Positions 45,450 to 55,596 of a DNA stretch of 64,000 nt are shown piece by piece. Position numbers and translations under genes: made by a program. Each line of letters begins with the position of its first letter. The stretch's first letter is position 1. A model generated the notes under the pieces. That model worked only from the letters and a program-made list of their open reading frames with translations. It made no database searches and was not told the DNA's origin. Source of the stretch: an uncultured Actinomycetes bacterium (lineage in GTDB: Bacteria; Actinomycetota; Actinomycetes; S36-B12); the NCBI GenBank assembly GCA_937875815.1, contig CALFHU010000097.1, positions 1,125 through 65,124 on the forward strand, written 5' to 3'.

Positions 45450-48400
45450 CGAACTCAGTGACGCAGATCTCGCGCACATTCTGGGTTTTTCGCTGTCAGA
45501 ACAACAATTGAGCGCCGTCAAGGCTCCGCGCGAACCGGCTGTGATGGTGGCCGGTGCAGGTTCAGGGAAAACCACATCAATGTCGGCACGCATTGCATTT
45601 CTGATTGGAAGCGGCTACCTCACACCTGAGCAAGTTCTTGGGCTCACCTTCACGACTAAGGCAACTGCACAATTACTGGAATCGGCCCGGTCGCGAATTT
45701 CTACGTTAATGGAATTGGATCCACAAAGTTTCACATCTGAGACTGGCGATCCGGTAATTGCGACCTACAACTCCTTTGCATCGGGGATTGTCAAGGAATT
45801 TGGAGCCCTCCTTGGGCGCGATTTCAGCACCGATGTGTTGACCGACGGGGAAAGGCAACAGTTGGCTTACCGGCTGGTGTGCAACACACAGCGAGACCTC
45901 TCTGGCATCTCTGTAGGCCCGGCAAAATTGACTTCGGAGTTGTTGGCACTTGATTCCGAGCTGAGTGAACTGGCGATTGACCCGGCGAGCGTGATCGAAT
46001 ACGACCTGAAATTGATCTCCTACGTTGCTGGCTTGCACGGATCAAATGCATCACTGCGGAAAATTGCGAGTACTTCGGGCCGGCGGATTGCTCTTGCGCG
46101 CATGGTACAAGATTGGCGCGAGTTAAAGAAAGAACGTGAACTTATTGAGTTCTCCGACCAAGTTCGATTAGCCACCAAGATCGTAACCCAATTTCCGCAG
46201 GTCGCCATGCAGATTCGATCCCGCTTTGAGATCGCGTTACTTGATGAATATCAGGACACGTCCATTAGCCAACGTATTCTTTTGGAGACAATATTTTCGG
46301 GTGGGTTTCCGGTCACGGCAGTGGGAGATCCGTGCCAGGCGATTTACGGTTGGCGTGGGGCCAGCGTTGAGAACATCAACAGCTTCCCGCGTCAATTTCG
46401 GACTAAAGATGATCAGCCAGCGAGTGTGTATCCGCTTTCAGCAAATCGTCGTTCCGGGGTACAAATTCTTGAGTTGGCAAATCTCATTTCGGAAAATTTG
46501 CGGGCTGAGCACCCGAGTGTGCAAAAGCTGGATCCCACCCGCGAGCTTCAGGGAAACATCACCCTTGCACTCTTCGACTTCGCCGATCAAGAGATTACCT
46601 GGATGGCAGACCGGATCGCCGAGCAGCACGAAGCGATTCACGCTGCTGGCCTTGGTGACGACATTGCCGTGCTGGCGGCAACGGGAAACTATTTGCTGCG
46701 CATGCGGGATGCATTGCAGCAGCGGGGGATCCCGGTGCAATTGCATTCGGCGGCCGGACTGCTCTCGCACCCGCTCGTGATCGATCTACGCGCAATCCTG
46801 GAAGTTATTCACGAACCCACTGCCAATCCCTCATTCGTGCGCTGGGCAAGTGGCGTCAAGTGGCGGATCGGAGCGCGGGACTTGGCGGCACTAGGTGCGC
46901 GCGCTGCTGAACTCGCGAAGACGATTGGACAACCCAGTGGTGCCAGTGTCCACGAAGCCGACAGTATCGACCAGGCGCTGAGTTCGGCAGTCGAAGGAAT
47001 CGATTTAGTCGACATTGTCTCGCTCTCGGATGCACTATTTGACCTTGGCCCGCTTGACCACTATTCAACTAGTGCGATTGATCGCTTCGGGAAAATGGCT
47101 GGTGTGATCCGATCCGTGCGCCCACATGCGGGGGAGCCACTGGTTGAATTTCTTGGGCGGGTTATTCGCGCGACTGGAATCGATGTACAAAGTCAACTTA
47201 ATGCCAGTGACGCAATTGCAGTCAACGAATTGATTAATTTGGCAGCGGACTTCACAGATGCTGACGGTCGAGTTTCGCTCGGCGCATTTATTTCTCGGCT
47301 CAACGACATCGAGAGATTCGACATAACTCTGGATTTCGAGCAGCCGGTGGAAAAAGGCGCGGTGCAGCTCATCACCATCTACAAGGCAAAGGGTCTGGAG
47401 TACACGCACGTGTACCTCCCTAACCTCAGCGACAAGGCTTTTCCCGGCGGCCAAGCGCGCAGTAATTGGAGTACAGATGCGACTATGGCGCCCTGGCCCC
47501 TGCGCCAAGACGCGCCACCTGCGATCGCCGCGTTTCCTGATTACAGCCTGACCAAACTCTCGGAAACAGATCTCAAGAATGGCTACTTGGCGCACTTCGA
47601 GTCGCTCAAAGAGCGTGAGGTTGAGCGGTTGGCCTACGTGGCATTGACCCGCGCTAAAGACTCATTAACTCTCACCGGTAGCTGGTGGGGCGTGAATTGG
47701 AAAACCCCCCATGGCCCACACCCGTTCTTGACAGCAGCCCATGACCTCCTTGCCGGGACTAGCGCCCACATTCCTTTTTGGGCGCCCAGCCCGGATGGTG
47801 ATCGACCCGAGCGAGCTGAAGATCCCGGGGAGTGGCCGTGGCCTCTGCCGGTACCCCAAGGCACCCGGGAGGGCTTGGTTCGACAATCCGAATACGTGCA
47901 TGAGAGCACGACCCCGCTGGCAGAAGTGACCGAAAATGACAGTGCCACCGTGGATCGTTGGGAAAGCGCACTGGCGGCGTTGCAGCGCGAACGTGAACGG
48001 CTTCATTTGCCGGTCCGCACGATTGCCTTGCCGCGGAGTCTGGGAGCGAGCAGCATGCTGCGTGCAATGCGCGAACCTGAAGTTCTCGCAGTAGAACTTG
48101 CCCGGCCTATGCCCCAACAGCCGAACTACATTGCAGCCCGAGGTACTGAAATCCATGCATTTATTGAAACCCATTACGACCGGGCGACACTATTTGACTG
48201 GGATGAATTGGAGGGGGCTTGGGATCGGACGGGAACAGACACTGAATCAGTGCGCAGCCTCAAAAGCGCATTTCTCTCGAGTCGCTTTGCACCCCTGAGC
48301 CCGGTCGCGGTTGAACAGCAATTCAGTCTGACGATTTGGGGCCGCTTTGTAACAGGGTACATCGATGCAGTGTTTGAAATTGATGGCCGGTATTTAGTCG

Positions 48401-48591
48401 TTGACTGGAAAACTGGGGGTACCGATCACCTTGATCCAACCCAACTCGCTTTTTATCGACTTGCGTGGGCACAAATCGCTGGAGTGGATTGGAAAGAGGT
48501 CGACACCGCGTTTGTCATGCTGGCATTAGGAACTGAACTACCGGTTGACACCGATGGAATTATTCACGACCTGGAACGTCAATTGGCGTAG
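45430..48591 (+). CDS. adnB: Helicase-nuclease subunit AdnB
   Basis: Walker A GAGSGKTT, motif II LLDEYQDT, and C-terminal nuclease ..GYIDAVFEIDGRYLVVDWKTG... Track start is 45412; ATG 45430 is preferred. Overlaps the adnA 3' end. Confidence 0.85.
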   Translation: MTTQSHNELSDADLAHILGFSLSEQQLSAVKAPREPAVMVAGAGSGKTTSMSARIAFLIGSGYLTPEQVLGLTFTTKATAQLLESARSRISTLMELDPQSFTSETGDPVIATYNSFASGIVKEFGALLGRDFSTDVLTDGERQQLAYRLVCNTQRDLSGISVGPAKLTSELLALDSELSELAIDPASVIEYDLKLISYVAGLHGSNASLRKIASTSGRRIALARMVQDWRELKKERELIEFSDQVRLATKIVTQFPQVAMQIRSRFEIALLDEYQDTSISQRILLETIFSGGFPVTAVGDPCQAIYGWRGASVENINSFPRQFRTKDDQPASVYPLSANRRSGVQILELANLISENLRAEHPSVQKLDPTRELQGNITLALFDFADQEITWMADRIAEQHEAIHAAGLGDDIAVLAATGNYLLRMRDALQQRGIPVQLHSAAGLLSHPLVIDLRAILEVIHEPTANPSFVRWASGVKWRIGARDLAALGARAAELAKTIGQPSGASVHEADSIDQALSSAVEGIDLVDIVSLSDALFDLGPLDHYSTSAIDRFGKMAGVIRSVRPHAGEPLVEFLGRVIRATGIDVQSQLNASDAIAVNELINLAADFTDADGRVSLGAFISRLNDIERFDITLDFEQPVEKGAVQLITIYKAKGLEYTHVYLPNLSDKAFPGGQARSNWSTDATMAPWPLRQDAPPAIAAFPDYSLTKLSETDLKNGYLAHFESLKEREVERLAYVALTRAKDSLTLTGSWWGVNWKTPHGPHPFLTAAHDLLAGTSAHIPFWAPSPDGDRPERAEDPGEWPWPLPVPQGTREGLVRQSEYVHESTTPLAEVTENDSATVDRWESALAALQRERERLHLPVRTIALPRSLGASSMLRAMREPEVLAVELARPMPQQPNYIAARGTEIHAFIETHYDRATLFDWDELEGAWDRTGTDTESVRSLKSAFLSSRFAPLSPVAVEQQFSLTIWGRFVTGYIDAVFEIDGRYLVVDWKTGGTDHLDPTQLAFYRLAWAQIAGVDWKEVDTAFVMLALGTELPVDTDGIIHDLERQLA

Positions 48592-49810
48592 CAGTTGTAG
48601 GGTCAGTTGAGTCAACAATGGCCTCCCCCGCTTCCTCGGTGGGAGTGGGGCGAATTCCAATCCAAGTGCGCATCCGAATCCGCGCAGGCTCTTCAACAAG
48701 ACGCCACATCACATAGGCAATCACAAACGACATGCCAAGCAGAAATACGACCGATAGCGCGTACAAGGGCCCACTTTCAATACCCAGGGCTTTCATCCCC
48801 GCGCGCCAAAGTCCGAACCAGACAAGATGAGTCATGTACAGCGAATAGGAGATAAATCCCCCAAACACCATAATTTTGGTTGCGAGCAGATTTGCCATGC
48901 CGCGACGCGACAGTGCAAGGACGCCAATCCACGCGATCAGAAGGGGTACTAGCGTGAGATGAAAAAGGGGAGGAAGCGGCTCAGCATCTGGATCTGTGGA
49001 AGTAATGGGCGAGACAGCGGCAGGAAGCCAAGCCAAAAACACGGAAGCGGCGACAACAATTGCTGGCAAGACAAAGGCCAATACATCGCACACGGCCGCC
49101 GCGCGATCAGAGTCACGAAGTCGATCCACGATCAAGTAGGAAATTGCACCGGCGGTAAAGGCGGTAAGAACTCGGTAAGTAGAACCCCAATTTTCCGTGT
49201 AATAAGGGTCCGAGGATCCCAGCCCGTAAATAACCAATGGTGTAAGTGACATGATCCAGAAAAGGCACAAAGCCCAAGTGGGTAAATGCTTATGCATTCG
49301 CCACAAAACAAGTGCCATGAACGGGAAAATTAGATATGCGAGCCATTCCATTGAAAGTGACCACGCCACGAAGTTCCATCCCCGTTGCGGGTCTGAGCCC
49401 CACTCCTGTATCAAGAGCAGATTCTTAATGAAATCCCATGGGTTAAGCCAGCTCCGGTCCAGTTCCTCACCGGTAACGATTGATTGAGCAAAAACAGCAA
49501 AGCCAGCGACCAAAAGCATGACCAAATGGACGGGATAGATGCGTGCGAGCCGTAGCCACAAAAACTTCACGGACTTATCCACTTTGAGCCGCTCACCGAG
49601 TGAACTCAAATAGGTGTGCGCCAAGATGAAACCAGAAAGGGCGAAAAATAGATCCACGCCCAGTCGGCCGACCCGAATAAAATCTGGGAGAACGGGCATG
49701 CTCAACAATCCAATTGCGTCCAAGGGGCCCTGCGAGTGGTAGAGCAAAACCCAGACAGCAGCAACTAAACGAATGCCGGTGAGTTGCCTAATAAACACGT
49801 TCACGGTCAA
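48560..49810 (-). CDS. Acyltransferase family 3 (OatA-like) membrane protein
   Basis: The N-terminus ..LTGIRLVAAVWVLLYHS.. and ..GVDLFFALSGFIL.. are hallmarks, with about 10 TM helices. The 3' end overlaps adnB by 32 nt (convergent). Confidence 0.85.
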   Translation of the reverse strand: MTVNVFIRQLTGIRLVAAVWVLLYHSQGPLDAIGLLSMPVLPDFIRVGRLGVDLFFALSGFILAHTYLSSLGERLKVDKSVKFLWLRLARIYPVHLVMLLVAGFAVFAQSIVTGEELDRSWLNPWDFIKNLLLIQEWGSDPQRGWNFVAWSLSMEWLAYLIFPFMALVLWRMHKHLPTWALCLFWIMSLTPLVIYGLGSSDPYYTENWGSTYRVLTAFTAGAISYLIVDRLRDSDRAAAVCDVLAFVLPAIVVAASVFLAWLPAAVSPITSTDPDAEPLPPLFHLTLVPLLIAWIGVLALSRRGMANLLATKIMVFGGFISYSLYMTHLVWFGLWRAGMKALGIESGPLYALSVVFLLGMSFVIAYVMWRLVEEPARIRMRTWIGIRPTPTEEAGEAIVDSTDPTTATPIDVPGRE

Positions 49811-49879
49811 AGCCTATGTGCAGGTGATCTATTCAGAGGGTAGGTCCAAGGGTAGGTTGGGGCTCGTTGAAAGGAATCC

Positions 49880-50800
49880 ATGGCATATTCGCCCAGGTTA
49901 ACCGATTTAGTACTTTCTCGGAGTGCAACTGACCGCAGTGCGCATTTGCGCAAAGATCCGGAGTGGATTGCAGAATCACTTATTGATCCCAGCACCCGGT
50001 TCATTTGTGTGCATAATTCACAGGCTCCCTTTGACGGCGAAAATCTTGTGGTTTTTAAGTTCGCAGACATTCCCGAGCACTCCTTGACCTACTTTCTTGG
50101 CCGCGATGCGGGGGTAGTTTTTTTTGGAGTTTCAGCTGATGCCGATTTTGTTTCCGACCATGACCCCGATTCCTGGCTGAACTTGCGTGCAGGCGGGGCG
50201 CTGCTCAGTGATCGAGATGCTGGATTGCTGGTGGCGGCGATTGCTTTAGATAATTGGAATTTCACGCATACGCATTGCCCTCGATGCGGGGGCAAGACGG
50301 TTCAAAGCGATGCTGGTTGGACGCGCAGGTGCACCACAGATAACTCAATTCATTTTCCACGCACAGATCCGGCAGTAATCATGTTGGTAACGGATCCCGA
50401 TGACCGAGTACTTCTTGCCCGGCAAAGCCGATGGCAGATCGGATCGGCTTCGGTCCTCGCAGGTTTCGTTGAGGCGGGTGAATCAGCCGAAGCGGCAGTG
50501 GTCCGCGAAGTGAGTGAAGAAACCGGAATCGCGATTGACCCGGACAGTATTGATTACCTGGGGAGTCAACCATGGCCATTTCCTAACTCGCTCATGTTGG
50601 GGTATCAGGCGCGAGCGGTAACTACCGACATTTGCGTTGATGGTGAGGAAATCGTGGAGGCCCAGTGGTACGACCGGGCCGAGATCAAGAAATTGTGCTC
50701 GGCGCAGAAGTTGCACTTGCCCCCGCGAGTGAGTATTGCCCACCAACTGATTGCCCGCTGGTACGGGGAAAAACTTCCCAGCAGTACCTCATTTCGCTAG
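49880..50800 (+). CDS. nudC: NADH pyrophosphatase (NudC, Nudix)
   Basis: Zinc ribbon CPRCGG..RRC and Nudix box ..GFVEAGESAEAAVVREVSEETGI... The N-terminus ..LSRSATDRSAHLRKD.. is typical. Confidence 0.85.
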   Translation: MAYSPRLTDLVLSRSATDRSAHLRKDPEWIAESLIDPSTRFICVHNSQAPFDGENLVVFKFADIPEHSLTYFLGRDAGVVFFGVSADADFVSDHDPDSWLNLRAGGALLSDRDAGLLVAAIALDNWNFTHTHCPRCGGKTVQSDAGWTRRCTTDNSIHFPRTDPAVIMLVTDPDDRVLLARQSRWQIGSASVLAGFVEAGESAEAAVVREVSEETGIAIDPDSIDYLGSQPWPFPNSLMLGYQARAVTTDICVDGEEIVEAQWYDRAEIKKLCSAQKLHLPPRVSIAHQLIARWYGEKLPSSTSFR

Positions 50801-50807
50801 CTAAAAG

Positions 50808-51056
50808 CTAAGCCGCAAGTTTGGCAATTACCTCTGCGATGGGCGGATTAGTCAGCGTTGATCCATCGGAAAACTTGAGTGTGGGCACCATTTCGTTGCC
50901 CCCGTTGACCGAAGCGACAAAAGCGGCGGCAGTTGGGTCGGCTTCAATGTCAACTTCGGTGTATTGCACCCCGGCCCGCCCCATTTGGGCCTTAAGGCGC
51001 TTACACGGCCCGCACCACGTCGTCGTGTAAACGGTTACCAAACTGGCATCACTCAT
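50808..51056 (-). CDS. Small glutaredoxin-fold redoxin (Rv3198A position) with a thioredoxin-type WCGPC motif
   Basis: 82 aa: ..VTVYTTTWCGPCKRLK..VPTLKF... Confidence 0.85.
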   Translation of the reverse strand: MSDASLVTVYTTTWCGPCKRLKAQMGRAGVQYTEVDIEADPTAAAFVASVNGGNEMVPTLKFSDGSTLTNPPIAEVIAKLAA

Positions 51057-51122
51057 GTGTTCAGTCTAGGGGTGATCCGGAGTTGGTGCGATGGGGTCAG
51101 ATCCCCATGACAAGATCAGCGG

Positions 51123-53210
51123 GTGAACCCAGAGCAACGTGCACACAGCATCCTTGAGGGATTAGATGCGGAGCAGCGTGAGGTTGCCCTAGCGGTTGGG
51201 GGCCCGGTCCGCGTGCTCGCTGGGGCGGGAACCGGAAAGACTCGAGCAATAACTCATCGTATTGCCTATTCAGTCGTGACGGGGGCAAGTGAGGCAGAGC
51301 GCACATTGGCACTTACCTTTACCAATCGGGCAGCGGGGGAGATGCGGCATCGTTTGCTGGGATTGGGAGTCCCAGGTGCGCAAGTGCGCACTTTCCATGC
51401 GGCCGCATTACGGCAACTTCGTTTTTTCTGGCCGCAGTTATCGCGTACGGCATTCCCTGAGCTCATGTCGAGCAAGGCTTCCCTCGTTGCGCGTTCATTG
51501 GCGCACTGCAAAGTTGATAGTGACAAAGCCTTGGTGCGGGATGTCAGCGGCGACATTGAGTGGTCCAAGTCCAACATGATGGATTCGGCCTTGGTCCACA
51601 AAGCTAAGCGAGATTTCGCCATTGATGTAGCGACGCTGGCAAAGGTGATGGACTCCTATGAGTCCCTGAAAAAGGATCGGAACCTACTTGATTTCGATGA
51701 CATCCTGATGTTGATGTCGGCTGCAATCCGCACCCGTCCCGAGATTCAAAGCGCAGTACATTCGGCCTATCGGTGGTTTACGGTCGACGAATTCCAAGAC
51801 GTAAACCCACTGCAAAAAAGTGTTCTAGATCTGTGGATTGGTGAACGTGACGATATTTGCGTTGTGGGGGACCCCAGCCAGACGATCTATTCATTCACCG
51901 GTGCATCATCAAAATACCTCACCAACTTTGTCAAGGCCTACCCAAATTCAACACTTGTTGATTTAGTGCGGTGCTATCGATGCTCACCTGAAATTGTGGC
52001 AATGGCTAATGCCGTTATTCACGCTGACTCCCGGACTAAGCCGCTTACCTTGCGTTCCCAACAAGCAAGTGGCCCCCCACCAACAATCACGGCCTACGCT
52101 GACGACAACGACGAAGCGGAAAAGGTTTCGGCCAAGATTAAGAAACTAATCAGCGCCGGTACTTTGGCATCCGAAATCGCCGTGCTTTTCCGGATTAATG
52201 CGCAATCTGCTGAATTTGAAACAGCGTTATCAACTCTAGACATCCCGCTGGTGCTTCGCGGTACCGAACGGTTCTTCCAACGTCCTGAAGTGAAATCGGC
52301 CGTAACTCTTTTGCGAGGAGACGCAAAAAATACTGGGTTAGTCCACACCAATCTTGCGGAGCATGTCCGTGACGTGTTATCGAGTACCGGTTGGAGCCCG
52401 CAGACCCCACGCGGCGCAGGTGCCGTGCGGGAAAAATGGGAGTCGCTCCTCGCGCTCATGACTATGGCAGAAGAAGTAGATCCGAGTACTTCACTCACAG
52501 ATTTTATTGCGGACCTGGATGCCCGGGCTTTTGTCGAGCACGCGCCAACCGCCGACGCCGTGACCTTGGCATCTATCCATTCGGCTAAAGGTTTGGAGTG
52601 GCCGGTCGTTTTTCTGGTCGGGTGTAGCGAAGGCCTCCTTCCCCTGTCCTACGCAGATTCTGAAGATGGAGTGGATGAAGAACGGCGATTGGCGTACGTG
52701 GGAATTTCGCGCGCAGCCCGAATACTTGAGGTGAGTTGGGGAAAGTCGCGAGCCCCTGGCGGGAAATCGAGTCGAACACTGAGCAGATTTTTTACCGGGT
52801 TGCCTCGGGATCTAGTAAGTGCCGCCGCTGATAGTGGTTTGTCCATTTCCGGATCAGTTGTGCGAGGAGGGTCCCAGGTGAAGCACGGGCGGAAGCGGAC
52901 CGGGCCTAAACCATGTCGGGTGTGTGGCAAAGGGCTAGTAACACCGTCGGAGCGAACAATTGGCCGTTGTCAAAGATGTCCTGGGGAACCCAATGAAGTT
53001 ATTTTTGAGAATCTGAAGGCATGGCGCAAGGAAAGATCTGCGGAGAAAAGTGTTCCCGCTTACATAGTTTTTACGGATGCCACTCTGACTGCTATGGCTG
53101 AAATTGGTCCGAGTGATCTTGATCAGCTGGCGGCGATTCCAGGGGTCGGCCCGGCGAAGCTGACCGAATTTGGCGCCGAACTACTAGAAATTATTAGGAC
53201 TCAAGACTAG
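51123..53210 (+). CDS. uvrD2: ATP-dependent DNA helicase UvrD2 (UvrD core, tetracysteine module, HRDC)
   Basis: Walker A GAGTGKTR, motif II VDEFQDVN, CRVCG..CQRC module, and a C-terminal HRDC-like ..AYIVFTDATL..IPGVGPAKL... Confidence 0.9.
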   Translation: MNPEQRAHSILEGLDAEQREVALAVGGPVRVLAGAGTGKTRAITHRIAYSVVTGASEAERTLALTFTNRAAGEMRHRLLGLGVPGAQVRTFHAAALRQLRFFWPQLSRTAFPELMSSKASLVARSLAHCKVDSDKALVRDVSGDIEWSKSNMMDSALVHKAKRDFAIDVATLAKVMDSYESLKKDRNLLDFDDILMLMSAAIRTRPEIQSAVHSAYRWFTVDEFQDVNPLQKSVLDLWIGERDDICVVGDPSQTIYSFTGASSKYLTNFVKAYPNSTLVDLVRCYRCSPEIVAMANAVIHADSRTKPLTLRSQQASGPPPTITAYADDNDEAEKVSAKIKKLISAGTLASEIAVLFRINAQSAEFETALSTLDIPLVLRGTERFFQRPEVKSAVTLLRGDAKNTGLVHTNLAEHVRDVLSSTGWSPQTPRGAGAVREKWESLLALMTMAEEVDPSTSLTDFIADLDARAFVEHAPTADAVTLASIHSAKGLEWPVVFLVGCSEGLLPLSYADSEDGVDEERRLAYVGISRAARILEVSWGKSRAPGGKSSRTLSRFFTGLPRDLVSAAADSGLSISGSVVRGGSQVKHGRKRTGPKPCRVCGKGLVTPSERTIGRCQRCPGEPNEVIFENLKAWRKERSAEKSVPAYIVFTDATLTAMAEIGPSDLDQLAAIPGVGPAKLTEFGAELLEIIRTQD

Positions 53211-54564
53211 AGACGCTGATAGGACTTGGGGCGCTCGCAAATCCTGGAACCCAGGCATTGAGTTCAGCCAATACCGGAACATTGGCATCAAGTTGGCACA
53301 GCACCGCGATGCTGCCCAACCAGACCCGGTGAATTAATGCGTAGGAAGGTGGCAGGTTGATTTTCAGTCCAATGGTGAAATCGGGGCCTTTCATGTCATT
53401 GAGCCTTGTGAATTCACCTCGGATCCAGTCCCGGTTGAAATGAAAACTCTCGTGGCGGGTGGGCTCAACAAAGGGCTCCAGGTAGTTGAGAATTTGTTTG
53501 GCGTCAACCTCGATATTGGGCTTTACAAACCCTTCAGCTCGTAAGCCCGCAAGAACGTCTTCCGCATTGCCACTTTGGGCAATTCTCAGGAGCGTGCCCA
53601 TGGCAATCGGTAAACCCTCAGGGAGCCGCGAGACGGCGCCAAAGTCAAGTACGCATAACTTGTTGTCGGCTGTGATTCGGAAATTTCCTGGATGCGGGTC
53701 CGCATGCAGCAGTCCCGCGCGTGCGGGACCGGTGAGTAGGAAGCGTTCGTAGAGTAACCCGGCGCGATCTCGTTCGGCCTGAGTTCCATGGGAAATGATG
53801 TCTGAAAGCGGCCGCCCATCAATCCATTCACTGATCAAAACATGTGGTGCAGCGGCGAGAACGTGTGGAATGTGAAAGTCCGGATCACCGTCAAATGCAA
53901 CTGCAAATGCGCGCTGATTTTGTGACTCGAGCAGGTAGTCGAGTTCCTCAATTGCTCGCTCCCGCAGTTCCTCAAGGAGGGGCCTCAGATCAAGACCGGG
54001 AATCCAGCCAGCGAAAAGCTTGCCCATGCGGATCATTTGGTTTAAGTCTGCAACGAGCGCCTTGTCGGCTCCCGGGTACTGCACTTTTACTGCGACCACG
54101 CGCCCGTCATGCCAGATACCTTTATGGACTTGACCAATTGACGCGGCGGCCGAAGGTTGATCACTGAATTCAATAAAACGACTGCGCCAATCCTCGCCAA
54201 GTTCCTCGGATAAGATTTTGTGAATTGCGCTGGTTGCCATGGCCGGGGCAGAGTCCTGCAATTTTGTCAGCATGGCTCGGTAAGGAGCAGCGAACTCTTC
54301 GGGCAGCGCAGCCTCGAAGATGCTCATTGCCTGGCCGAGTTTCATGGCGCCGCCCTTGAGTTCCCCGAGGACCTTGAACATTTGCTCAGCCGTGCGGGCA
54401 GACATTTCAGCGGCAATTGCTTCGGCAGGTTTGCCACCCACGCGTTTTCCAAAGCCAAGTGCGGTGCGCCCGGCGTAGGTTGCGGGCAAGGAAGCCATGC
54501 GGATTCCACGAGTGAACGCATTTTTGGGTAGTTCCGGCACCCCCCTATTCTCCGGCCTAATCAA
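53194..54564 (-). CDS. ABC1/UbiB-family atypical kinase
   Basis: ..LGELKGGAMKLGQ..; ..SAAASIGQVHKG..VAVKVQYPG..; ..HADPHPGN... The start is uncertain (TTG 54564 or GTG 54540). Convergent 17-nt overlap with uvrD2. Confidence 0.9.
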   Translation of the reverse strand: MIRPENRGVPELPKNAFTRGIRMASLPATYAGRTALGFGKRVGGKPAEAIAAEMSARTAEQMFKVLGELKGGAMKLGQAMSIFEAALPEEFAAPYRAMLTKLQDSAPAMATSAIHKILSEELGEDWRSRFIEFSDQPSAAASIGQVHKGIWHDGRVVAVKVQYPGADKALVADLNQMIRMGKLFAGWIPGLDLRPLLEELRERAIEELDYLLESQNQRAFAVAFDGDPDFHIPHVLAAAPHVLISEWIDGRPLSDIISHGTQAERDRAGLLYERFLLTGPARAGLLHADPHPGNFRITADNKLCVLDFGAVSRLPEGLPIAMGTLLRIAQSGNAEDVLAGLRAEGFVKPNIEVDAKQILNYLEPFVEPTRHESFHFNRDWIRGEFTRLNDMKGPDFTIGLKINLPPSYALIHRVWLGSIAVLCQLDANVPVLAELNAWVPGFASAPSPISVSSLES

Positions 54565-54598
54565 TAGCTGCGCACGGTCAGGTTATGGAAGTGGGAGT

Positions 54599-55579
54599 TC
54601 AGCGGTGTAGTTGGCATCCGCAGAGTGGATGCGGCGGAGCGTTTTGTGGATCAAATTGCGGCCATGGGAGTTTCGCGTCCCAGAGGGTGTTGGTCAATGC
54701 TGCTCCGTCGATCCAATGTCGAGTAATTAGTAGGACGTGCAGCGCCGTGTAATGGGTCAGAATCGCATCACTGTGACCAGAATTTACATGCCGTCTCCAT
54801 TGAAGATCCACCTGCATCCAATCGGGCGAGGTATCACATCGATGTAGGTGAGCACATCGAAAGCATGAACTTGAGCCTGGAATCACCAGCGGCCCGATTG
54901 TGGCTTTGTCCAGCCGAGTGGCTACGTGAAGGTGCGGAAGGGTGCATAGGTGTGAGTTTTCATGATCGAAAATGTGCGGGTGGGATTTGCTGACATAGAT
55001 CACAAAAGAAGCCAACGATCGCTGCTGTGTGAATTGGAAACCAGAGTCCAATCCGATGTGATAGACGGCTCGGGCAACAGGACCTCTGCCGACCACTTCA
55101 ATCAGAGTATTATTTCGGCGGTCGACTATCTCGGCAGCATCAGTTAAATCAAGGGCATTCGAATAATCAATATTGTGCTTTTGGACGCAGGCCAAATCAG
55201 TAGGCATTCGCTCCTTACCCCTGTTGTTAATCCAACGCAATGAACTTGGCTGGTTACGTGCATCTATGAGTGCACCTGATCTAAACCCATGATCGATCAG
55301 GTTTCGCATTAGGACCAATGGAACATTGAGCTGCTGCGCTCCGAGCCTGCTGGCCTGGTCAGCACACATTGAGCCATCAAGAGCGATGAACCATTGGACG
55401 GTCTCAGATGTGGGGGTAGAGCTCAAGGTGTAGTCGCCCAACTCGACTACGCCATGCGCTCGTCTAATTACAGGGACGCGAAAGTTGTATTCGGGGTAGG
55501 CGCGTAGGGCAAACGAATCAATCATGTGGTGATTGTCAATCTGAACGCCTGTGGATGGCCAGATGCAATCCACAGGCAA
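54599..55579 (-). CDS. E1/ThiF-like (cyclodehydratase-docking-type) protein of unknown role
   Basis: Rossmann-like ..LIEVVGRGPVARAVYHIGLDSG.., ThiF-like ..SSSCFRCAHLHRC.. and a C-terminal ..CGC... The N-terminus ..RVPVIRRAHGVVELGD.. resembles TIGR03882-type proteins. Start is TTG 55579 or ATG 55525. Confidence 0.5.
   Translation of the reverse strand: MPVDCIWPSTGVQIDNHHMIDSFALRAYPEYNFRVPVIRRAHGVVELGDYTLSSTPTSETVQWFIALDGSMCADQASRLGAQQLNVPLVLMRNLIDHGFRSGALIDARNQPSSLRWINNRGKERMPTDLACVQKHNIDYSNALDLTDAAEIVDRRNNTLIEVVGRGPVARAVYHIGLDSGFQFTQQRSLASFVIYVSKSHPHIFDHENSHLCTLPHLHVATRLDKATIGPLVIPGSSSCFRCAHLHRCDTSPDWMQVDLQWRRHVNSGHSDAILTHYTALHVLLITRHWIDGAALTNTLWDAKLPWPQFDPQNAPPHPLCGCQLHR
55548..55576. promoter_or_regulatory. 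Perfect 9-bp inverted repeat CCTGTGGAT-N11-ATCCACAGG between the M20 and E1-like genes
   Basis: Arms at 55548-55556 and 55568-55576 are exact reverse complements. The same 9-mer occurs in TTATCCACAGG at 25.5, 27.2 and 28.1 kb. Confidence 0.9.
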
Positions 55580-55596
55580 TTTCGATATAAGTAGAT

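Noticed and set aside
54599-55579. E1/cyclodehydratase-docking-like protein considered as part of a TOMM/RiPP cluster
   Set aside because: No YcaO, dehydrogenase, transporter or plausible precursor-peptide ORF lies within several kb. The neighbours are housekeeping-type genes.
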